Shown piece by piece: positions 22,597 through 29,727 of a DNA stretch of 29,727 nt. A model generated the notes under the pieces. That model made no database searches. It worked only from the letters and a program-made list of their open reading frames with translations, and was not told where the DNA came from. A program made the position numbers and the translations under genes. Within the stretch, counting starts at the first letter, position 1. Each line of letters opens with the position of its first letter. The stretch is from an uncultured virus (IMG/VR IMGVR_UViG_3300010158_000044) (lineage: Duplodnaviria > Heunggongvirae > Uroviricota > Caudoviricetes): IMG/VR virus record IMGVR_UViG_3300010158_000044. One strand, given 5' to 3'.

Positions 22597-24321
22597 ATGA
22601 GTGGTGGTATTGATTTTAGTCCTCCGTCGTATAGAGCGGCGTCGAGTGATTTAACAATCTCCATTTCCCCACTGGGACTTGTAGAACTTGCTGATGAAGA
22701 GTTCGAAGTTCATGGGCCACGTCTAAACCGTTACTCACTTAACTGGGCAATGTATCTAGGACACCATTGGTCTTACCGCCGTGAATTAGGCGAATCGCAG
22801 ATGGTATATAACTATTATCGTGCTTTTACAGATTTTATTATTAACTTTACATTTGGACGTGCAGTTTCATTTCGCAGCCCTGCAGCAACAGAGGCAATCA
22901 TTCCCGACATCTTAAAGCGTGTATGGGAAATTGATAATGATAAGCATGGCGTTATGTGGGAAATGGGCCAGCAAGGCGGAGTATCTGGCGACTGCTTTAT
23001 TAAAGTAGCTTACGAAGAAGCTTATGAAGACTCAGTAGGAGGACGCCACCCGGGTCGTGTTCGTGTACTTCCTCTCAATGCTTCTTTCTGTTTTCCAGAG
23101 TTTCACCCACATGATCGTTCACGCTTGATTCGTTTTAAGCTTAAGTACCGCTTCTGGGGCACCTCAGTAGAAGGCACACGACAGGTCTACACATATACAG
23201 AAATTTTGACCGATGAGCGTATTGAAGAATACATCAACGATGAAATGATCGATAGCCGTCCAAACCCTATCGGCATAGTTCCAGTTATTCATATTCCTAA
23301 CGTTCGTGTTTCAGGATCCCCATGGGGACTAGCTGATTGTCACGACGTTATTACTCTTAACCGTGCTTATAATGAAACTGCTACAGATATTGCTGACATA
23401 GTCAACTACCACGCCGCACCAGTTACAGTTATCACAGGAGCTAAAGCTTCAGCCCTTGAAAAAGGCCCTAAGAAGGTATGGGGCGGACTTCCAAAGGATG
23501 CACAAGTATTTAACCTAGAAGGTGGCGGACAAGGTCTTACAGGTGCTCTTGAGTATCTTAAGATGGTCAAGACTGCTATGCACGAGATGATCGGAGTACC
23601 TGAGACAGCACTTGGACAAGTACAGCCTATCTCTAATACCTCTGGTGTTGCTCTTTCTATTCAGTACCAACCTCTTATGAATCGTTACCAGCAAAAGTTA
23701 GTACAATATGGTGAGGGATTGCGTCGGGTTAATGAGCTTGTCCTACGTACCTTGGCATTTAAAGAGCCTGAGCTATTTACTTACAATCCTAAGTTTAACG
23801 GCCCAATCAAGCCTAATCAGCTAACCCAGTTAGATTTGAATGACCCAATCACTTATGAGACGATTGTTCACTTCCCACAACCTCTTCCATTGGATAAGCT
23901 CATCGTCCTCAATGAAATCCAACAGAAGATGAATATGAACTTGGAAAGCCGTGAAGGTGCTTTGCGCCAGCTCGGTGAAGAGTTCCCAGCTGAGAAGCTT
24001 GAAGAGATTCGTCAAGAGCTTATCGCTGATGCTAAGGCTGATGGAGCTGTTAACCTTATCAAGCAACAAATCAACTCCGCTATTACCTCTCTAACAGGAA
24101 TGATGCCAGACGGCACCATGCCTCCAGGAGCTCAACCAGGTGATGGAACAGGCCCAGGACCTCTTGGACAACCTGGAGTTGTGACCCCATTTGAAGAGCA
24201 GACTCTAGCTCAAATGCAGTCAGAGATCGTGACTGAAGCCTATGGAACTAAACTTCCACAGTGGCGTTCAGCTGATAAAGACGGCGGAGCAGAGGATGAC
24301 TTTAAAGGTCAAACAAATTAA
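22597..24321 (+). CDS. Portal protein (SPP1 gp6-like)
   Basis: 574 aa, positioned after terL; NPIGIVPVIHIPN, PWGLAD, SNTSGVALSIQYQPL motifs. Confidence 0.9.
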   Translation: MSGGIDFSPPSYRAASSDLTISISPLGLVELADEEFEVHGPRLNRYSLNWAMYLGHHWSYRRELGESQMVYNYYRAFTDFIINFTFGRAVSFRSPAATEAIIPDILKRVWEIDNDKHGVMWEMGQQGGVSGDCFIKVAYEEAYEDSVGGRHPGRVRVLPLNASFCFPEFHPHDRSRLIRFKLKYRFWGTSVEGTRQVYTYTEILTDERIEEYINDEMIDSRPNPIGIVPVIHIPNVRVSGSPWGLADCHDVITLNRAYNETATDIADIVNYHAAPVTVITGAKASALEKGPKKVWGGLPKDAQVFNLEGGGQGLTGALEYLKMVKTAMHEMIGVPETALGQVQPISNTSGVALSIQYQPLMNRYQQKLVQYGEGLRRVNELVLRTLAFKEPELFTYNPKFNGPIKPNQLTQLDLNDPITYETIVHFPQPLPLDKLIVLNEIQQKMNMNLESREGALRQLGEEFPAEKLEEIRQELIADAKADGAVNLIKQQINSAITSLTGMMPDGTMPPGAQPGDGTGPGPLGQPGVVTPFEEQTLAQMQSEIVTEAYGTKLPQWRSADKDGGAEDDFKGQTN

Positions 24322-24432
24322 GCATTAAGCCTGCAAATACTTCAAGTATTTGACAGACTGTATACCAAACTAACCCGCAGGTCATCGTGGCACTAATTCG
24401 GACAACGACCTCTTAAACCTAAAGGAATAATC

Positions 24433-25197
24433 ATGGCAACAGATTCACCCGTTGTTGAGAATGCAGTGGCTCAAGAAGCTTTTGCTTCAGAAGTCAATCC
24501 AACTCAAACAACTCAAGCAGTGGCCTCCCAACAGTTCACAGAACAAAAGGGATACACTGAAGACGATCTAAAGCGAGTACGTGAACAAGAAAAATCAAAA
24601 CTTTACCCTCAGATAGATTCACTTAAAGAAGAATTAAATCTTCTTAAGAAAGAACGTGAAGAGCGTGTAGCAGCAGCTGAAGCAGCGAAAGCAGAAGCAG
24701 AAGCAGTAGCTAAGCGCCAAGCAGAATCCGAACTAGATGTTCGTCAACTTCTTGAGGTTAAGGAAAAAGAATGGGCAGCCCAACTTGATGAAATTCGTCA
24801 AGAGAATGCTCGTAAGGATGCACTACTAGAGCGTGAACGCCAGTATGCAGAACTTACTAACTATCGTAATCGTCGTTTAGAAGAAGAACGGGATAACATA
24901 ATCCCTGAGCTTGTAGATCTAATCTCAGGAAATAATCCCGACGAGATTGAACAAAGCATCACCAATCTTAGAGATCGTTCGTCTAAGATACTAGATTCGG
25001 CACAGCAGGCACTTCAGTCCACCCGTCGTGAGATGGTAGGAACTAAGACTACTTTGCCACCAACCATGGAAAACAATTCGGATCAACAACAGTTCACGGC
25101 AGAACAACTTTCTGCTATGTCGGTTACTGAATACGCAAAAATCAGAAATAAGCTACTCCCAGGAGTATCTTCACCTGATCGAGGAATCTTTGGTTAA
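24433..25197 (+). CDS. Capsid scaffolding protein
   Basis: Long Glu/Lys/Arg coiled coil, C-terminal LSAMSVTEYAKIR, located between portal and capsid genes. Confidence 0.85.
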   Translation: MATDSPVVENAVAQEAFASEVNPTQTTQAVASQQFTEQKGYTEDDLKRVREQEKSKLYPQIDSLKEELNLLKKEREERVAAAEAAKAEAEAVAKRQAESELDVRQLLEVKEKEWAAQLDEIRQENARKDALLERERQYAELTNYRNRRLEEERDNIIPELVDLISGNNPDEIEQSITNLRDRSSKILDSAQQALQSTRREMVGTKTTLPPTMENNSDQQQFTAEQLSAMSVTEYAKIRNKLLPGVSSPDRGIFG

Positions 25198-25244
25198 TAG
25201 TTTTACACCCCCTAACCCATATATGAACAAGGAGTAATACCGAC

Positions 25245-26321
25245 ATGGCATCAGCCGTAACAGGTACCGGCAATTTAGCCGCAGCACCTACAGCGTATTC
25301 TGGTTCAAACAGCCAGCTTACACAAGCAATTCAGACCATCTGGTCTAAGGAAATTCTATTCCAATCAATGCCTATCTTGCGCTTCGAACAATTCGCAGTC
25401 AAGAAGACAGAACTTGGCGTAGCTCCTGGACTCCAGATCAACTTCATGCGTTACAACAACCTCGGATTCGCATCTTCACTAGTTGAAGGCGTCCGTATGT
25501 CAACAAGCGCATTGACAGCACAACAGTTCTCAATCACAGTAGCAGAGCACGGCTTTGCAATTGCTGTATCAGAACTACTACTTAACGCATCATTCGATGA
25601 CGTTATGGCATCAGCTTCACGTCTTCTTGGACGTAACATGGCTCTCTACCTTGATGGCCAGGCTCGTGACACACTCATGGCAGCTTCATCCGTAATCTAC
25701 GGTGAAGATCGCTCAGCCCTAACAGGTTCTAACAACTGGTATGACTACGGCACAGTAGCAACATCACGTGCAACCCTTACAGGTGCAGCTTACCTATCTC
25801 CACACGTTGTTAAGGACGCAGTTGAGAGCCTCTCAACAAAGAACATCCCACGTCTTGGTGAGACATATGTTGCATTCGTGCATCCACACCAATCACGTCG
25901 TCTTCGTGACAATCCTGAGTTCATTGAAGTAACCAAGTACGCAGCTCCAGGTAACTTCATGCTCGGTGAAATTGGTCGTCTATACGATACAGTCTTCATC
26001 GAAACAACTCAAATCCAGAAGGTAACAAACGGCGCAGGCAGTGGCTATACCACTGACTCAGTTGTTGCTCCTGGAGATATCACATACCCAACTGGTGGAG
26101 GATACACAACACCAGTAACAAAGACCGGTAACGGTAACAAGGATCGCTACTCAGCAATCTTTATTGGTGACAACGCATTCGGTCACGCTATTTCACTTCC
26201 AGTGGAACTTCGTGACGGCGGTATTCTTGACTTCGGTCGTGAGCACGCTCTTGCTTGGTACGCAATTTACGGTCTTGGCCTTATTACAGATCAGTCTGTA
26301 ATCATCGCAGAAACCAACTAA
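25245..26321 (+). CDS. Major capsid protein (N4-gp56-like, HK97 fold)
   Basis: 358 aa; IWSKEIL, GLQINFMRYNNL, LVEGV, YVAFVHPHQ, GEIGRLYDTVFIET. Confidence 0.93.
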   Translation: MASAVTGTGNLAAAPTAYSGSNSQLTQAIQTIWSKEILFQSMPILRFEQFAVKKTELGVAPGLQINFMRYNNLGFASSLVEGVRMSTSALTAQQFSITVAEHGFAIAVSELLLNASFDDVMASASRLLGRNMALYLDGQARDTLMAASSVIYGEDRSALTGSNNWYDYGTVATSRATLTGAAYLSPHVVKDAVESLSTKNIPRLGETYVAFVHPHQSRRLRDNPEFIEVTKYAAPGNFMLGEIGRLYDTVFIETTQIQKVTNGAGSGYTTDSVVAPGDITYPTGGGYTTPVTKTGNGNKDRYSAIFIGDNAFGHAISLPVELRDGGILDFGREHALAWYAIYGLGLITDQSVIIAETN

Positions 26322-26331
26322 TTTAAACCCC

Positions 26332-26357
26332 GAGGGGGTTAGGAAACTAGCCCCCTC
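26332..26357 (+). terminator. Stem-loop after the capsid gene (attenuator or stabiliser)
   Basis: GAGGGGGTTAG-GAAA-CTAGCCCCCTC; no U-tract. Confidence 0.55.
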
Positions 26358-26387
26358 ACCCTAAAACCTACAAGGAGAACACACATC

Positions 26388-26753
26388 GTGGCAAAAGCAA
26401 AAGTAACTGACGTAACAGGTCGTCAACGTGAAGATCAAATTAAGGCAGTGGCAGAACAGCAAGCAGCTCGTGTTAACGAGATGTCTATGGCAACAGCTGT
26501 AAAAGAAGTCAAGGATGCAACAGAAGTTGTGGATATGACTATTCCTTCAGCACCAACCGTTATTGATGAAGTAGAAAGCGTGGGCGTTAGCCTAGCAGAC
26601 GATTCAGTCGTAGTGCGTGTGGCAGAAAACATTGATCAGATGACCATCGGAGCAGGAAATAGTTATTCTTTCCAGGCCGGTAAAAAATATAAGGTGTCAA
26701 AGCATGTAGCTAATCACCTTCAAGAAAAAGGTTATCTGTACGATAGATTGTAA
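26388..26753 (+). CDS. Hypothetical virion-module protein
   Basis: 121 aa, GTG start with SD AAGGAG, directly after the capsid gene. Confidence 0.8.
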   Translation: MAKAKVTDVTGRQREDQIKAVAEQQAARVNEMSMATAVKEVKDATEVVDMTIPSAPTVIDEVESVGVSLADDSVVVRVAENIDQMTIGAGNSYSFQAGKKYKVSKHVANHLQEKGYLYDRL

Positions 26754-26780
26754 GAGAGCTTTTTAAGACTCTCTTATCCC

Positions 26781-26822
26781 GCCCCCTGCAGACAACCGCC
26801 CTCCTGTCTGTAGGGGGTCTTT
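26781..26822 (+). terminator. Rho-independent terminator
   Basis: GCCCCCTGCAGACA-10-nt loop-TGTCTGTAGGGGGT followed by CTTT. Confidence 0.7.
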
Positions 26823-26890
26823 AACGTTTAGGCGGATTATTTAAGCAAAATCTAAGATGATATGCACAAGCAACCTTATATGGAGGATCA

Positions 26891-28441
26891 GTGGCCACCT
26901 TATCACAACTCGCTAGTAGATTGCGGTCAGAAATTGGCGATACTCCACGTTCTTTTGTAGACACTTACACAGGCGATGGATTAACAACTAGATTTCAACT
27001 TAGTCAAGCTCCAGTTCTAGGCAGTAGCCTAGTTATTACAGTGGCTGTCCCAACATCTACATCTACAGTAACAGCTGCCTCAGCTGCCTCAGGAACCATT
27101 ACCTATACTTCTAGCAACTCTTTAACCGCTGGACAAACTGTAAACATTACTGGATTAACTAACTCTATTTCTATAACCGCTATTGCGGGTTCTGGCTCCG
27201 TTGTAACTTACTCGACAACGTCAACAACAGGTCTTTCAGCAGGGCAAACGATTACTATATCTGGTTCTACCACAACTGGTTTTAATGGTACAAAAACTAT
27301 TTTAGCAGTCAATGCCGGAACTAGTTTTACAGTTACCTCTGCTGTTACCGGAGCAACTTCAACTGCAACAGGTACGTATTCATCCCCGTTTAATTTAACT
27401 GGTGTGATAGTAGCCTCTAGAACTACAACATCTTTTACAGTAACTAATGCCACCACTGGTGTTGCAGTAACTGGCGCCTCAGCAGTGGCCTCTGGTTTGG
27501 CTACAACATTTGACGTCTCTTCTACTACAGTTATAGAAGAAGGCATCGGCATTATGACCTTGGCAACGGCTCCTGCAAACAATGCGGTAATTACTGTATC
27601 CGGTACAGCCTACCGATATTTTACTGATTCTGAAGTATCCTATTATATAACCACTGCCTTTATAGAACATACGCGTAATGAAGCCGATACTAATGGTAGT
27701 GCGATTAGTCAACTAAATAGACTTCCAGGTATTGAAGAATACCCATTAATTCTCTTAGCATCAACTATGGCTCTTTACACCTTGGCTAATGATGCGGCGT
27801 TTGACATTGATATTATTTCTCCAGATGGCGTATCTATCCCACGTTCTGAGCGTTACCGCCAGCTCATGGAAATGGTTCAAGCAAAGAAGGAACAGTATCG
27901 TGAGCTTTGTTCCCTACTCAACATTGGCCTTCATCGCATTGAGGTATTTACTCTGCGCCGTATTAGCCGCATGACAAATCGTTATATTCCCGTATATCAT
28001 CCTCAAGAAATTGATGACGGATCAATTCCACAAAGAGTTTCTCTACCTATCCCTAACTACGGAGATACTGCACCTGACGTACCAGTTATTTCTAAAGATC
28101 TATCACTTTATGCTGGGGATGATTTTATGGAGGTCATTAAATTCTCTATGGATATTACTTCCTATACTCCTCTTTCTCAAATTCGTCTATATCCATCTAT
28201 TCCTGGAAGCAGAGTTGGTCCAGTAATTGTTGGAACATTTACTTTAACAAAGAGTGCGTCTGTAGTAGGCGGAATTGTAGATACATTAACCATGACTCTT
28301 CCCGGCTCAGTTACACGAGATTTACCAAATGTTTCATACTACGATTTGCAAATGACCTCAAATAGCGGAAAAGTTAAGACATACCTTTATGGCAAGGTAT
28401 TTACACACTCAGAGGTTAGTAATCCACTAGGACCCTTCTAA
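26891..28441 (+). CDS. Putative head-tail adaptor/neck protein with inserted Thr-rich beta modules and a C-terminal beta-sandwich
   Basis: [11 protein letters not shown]...YFTDSEV (the R-x-x-I-G-D / F-T-D-x-E adaptor pattern, split by an insert); C-terminal [10 protein letters not shown]...YYDLQMT; position after the capsid gene. Confidence 0.7.
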   Translation: MATLSQLASRLRSEIGDTPRSFVDTYTGDGLTTRFQLSQAPVLGSSLVITVAVPTSTSTVTAASAASGTITYTSSNSLTAGQTVNITGLTNSISITAIAGSGSVVTYSTTSTTGLSAGQTITISGSTTTGFNGTKTILAVNAGTSFTVTSAVTGATSTATGTYSSPFNLTGVIVASRTTTSFTVTNATTGVAVTGASAVASGLATTFDVSSTTVIEEGIGIMTLATAPANNAVITVSGTAYRYFTDSEVSYYITTAFIEHTRNEADTNGSAISQLNRLPGIEEYPLILLASTMALYTLANDAAFDIDIISPDGVSIPRSERYRQLMEMVQAKKEQYRELCSLLNIGLHRIEVFTLRRISRMTNRYIPVYHPQEIDDGSIPQRVSLPIPNYGDTAPDVPVISKDLSLYAGDDFMEVIKFSMDITSYTPLSQIRLYPSIPGSRVGPVIVGTFTLTKSASVVGGIVDTLTMTLPGSVTRDLPNVSYYDLQMTSNSGKVKTYLYGKVFTHSEVSNPLGPF

Positions 28442-29727
28442 TGAGTTGCTTAGATAACTGCGGAACATGTACTCAATGTACTGAACTTATTATCGTTACT
28501 GATGTATCTCCAGGCATTACTTATATAACCTCTGATCTTATTCCAGACCCTCTCTCCCCAGACATTACTAATATTGCTGCTACCGGTCCTCAGGGTATTC
28601 AAGGTCTTCAAGGTACGCAAGGTAATCTTGGTATACAAGGTTTTGGTTATGCTCAGCTACAAGGTATTCAGGGACCTCAAGGCGTACAAGGATTGCAAGG
28701 TAATCAAGGAGTACAAGGTCTACAAGGTGTTCAGGGATTAGGCTATGCTCAATTACAAGGTATTCAAGGTAATCTTGGACCTCAAGGCGTACAGGGCTTA
28801 CAAGGAGTTCAAGGCTTACAAGGCACGCAAGGTGTACAGGGTGTTCAGGGAACACAAGGAACCCAGGGTATTCAAGGTAATCTTGGAAATCAAGGAACTC
28901 AAGGTGTACAAGGTGTGCAAGGCTACACTGGCTTACAAGGTTTTAGAGGACTGCAAGGTTTACAAGGTATTCAAGGTTTTCAAGGTAACCCAGGCCTTAA
29001 CATTAATATTCGTGGTTACATCACTAGTGTAAGTCAACTACCCGCAACAAACAATACTATTAATGATGCTTACATTAATGAAACTGATTTAGACTTATAT
29101 GTTTGGGCAGGTACTATCTGGATAAATGTAGGACAAATTGTAGGTAACCAAGGCGTAACAGGTGCACAAGGTTTTAATGGCTTACAAGGTATTCAAGGAT
29201 TAATTGGACTTCAAGGATCTCAAGGTACGCAAGGTATTCAAGGCATTCAAGGACCTCAAGGTTTACAGGGTAATCAAGGACTACAAGGCTTTGGTTATGC
29301 ACAGTTACAAGGAACCCAAGGTACTCAAGGTTTACAAGGAACACAAGGAACCCAAGGTACTCAAGGTGTACAAGGTCTACAGGGATTACAAGGATACGAT
29401 GGTACGCAAGGTACTCAGGGAATTTCAATACAAGGTACTCAAGGCACTACTGGTACCCAAGGCTTAACAGGTATTCAAGGAACTACTGGTTCTCAAGGCA
29501 CAACAGGCTCACAAGGAACTACTGGAACTCAAGGAACTACGGGTGCGCAAGGCACGACAGGTACTCAAGGTCTGTTAGGCGCCCAAGGTACATTTAATAT
29601 TGGCTCTGCTCAACCAGTACCTCCATATGTTGGAGAAGTTTGGGTAAACACTAATGATGGTAGAACTTATACATATGATGGTGTTGAGTGGTTTGAAGCA
29701 TATGGAAATTATCAAGGATTACAAGGA
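28441..29727 (+). CDS. Collagen-like (G-X-Q) fibre protein, partial (runs off the right edge)
   Basis: ATG 28441 (TAATG overlap): [13 protein letters not shown]...[13 protein letters not shown]...; long Gly-X-Y runs interrupted by two small Trp-containing globular inserts. Confidence 0.9.
   Translation, partial: MSCLDNCGTCTQCTELIIVTDVSPGITYITSDLIPDPLSPDITNIAATGPQGIQGLQGTQGNLGIQGFGYAQLQGIQGPQGVQGLQGNQGVQGLQGVQGLGYAQLQGIQGNLGPQGVQGLQGVQGLQGTQGVQGVQGTQGTQGIQGNLGNQGTQGVQGVQGYTGLQGFRGLQGLQGIQGFQGNPGLNINIRGYITSVSQLPATNNTINDAYINETDLDLYVWAGTIWINVGQIVGNQGVTGAQGFNGLQGIQGLIGLQGSQGTQGIQGIQGPQGLQGNQGLQGFGYAQLQGTQGTQGLQGTQGTQGTQGVQGLQGLQGYDGTQGTQGISIQGTQGTTGTQGLTGIQGTTGSQGTTGSQGTTGTQGTTGAQGTTGTQGLLGAQGTFNIGSAQPVPPYVGEVWVNTNDGRTYTYDGVEWFEAYGNYQGLQG

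Noticed and set aside
24499..24511. CCAACTCAAACAA in the scaffold gene as another 13-mer copy
   Set aside because: One mismatch, outside the left arm, and explainable by preferred codons for PTQT.
20158..26321. Inteins or introns in terminase, portal or capsid genes
   Set aside because: ORFs are continuous, of ordinary length, and show no intein splice motifs.
10152..29467. Minus-strand and off-frame ORFs overlapping right-arm genes (e.g. 10152, 12056, 13664, 14491, 23830, 25790, 27208, 28580, 28745, 29204)
   Set aside because: Shadows produced by codon bias and collagen periodicity of the real genes.

Overview
The window is a 29.7-kb segment of a large tailed dsDNA phage, probably infecting an actinobacterium (inferred from FmdB-, PASTA- and DUF4192-like genes and TGnTAnnnT promoters). 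It has two divergent arms that meet at about 9.0-9.4 kb. Left arm (1-8977, minus strand): an early/accessory-type run of small hypothetical and Zn-finger genes, ending in a MoxR/CobS-like AAA+ ATPase and its HExxH/CobT-like partner. Right arm (mostly plus strand): Hsp20, FmdB zinc ribbon, KTSC-like protein, a proteasome-beta/HslV-like Thr protease, a PASTA/beta-module protein, large and small basic proteins, an Arr-like ADP-ribosyltransferase and one antisense secreted lytic transglycosylase. These are followed by terminase large subunit, portal, scaffold, major capsid protein, a putative head-tail adaptor and the start of a G-X-Q collagen-like fibre gene. The most unusual signal is non-coding and confined to the left arm. 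Its intergenic spacers hold (i) several multi-branch fold-back domains closed by long-range helices, two of which carry G-U pairs that favour the minus (mRNA) strand, (ii) twin ~30-nt H-type pseudoknots with a covarying stem, and (iii) two strand-specific repeats, CCAACACAAACAA and GTTTCCCCGCCAATTTTC. Together they suggest an RNA-level processing or small-RNA system embedded in the early transcript. All family assignments are by-eye motif recognition; no database search or folding program was run.
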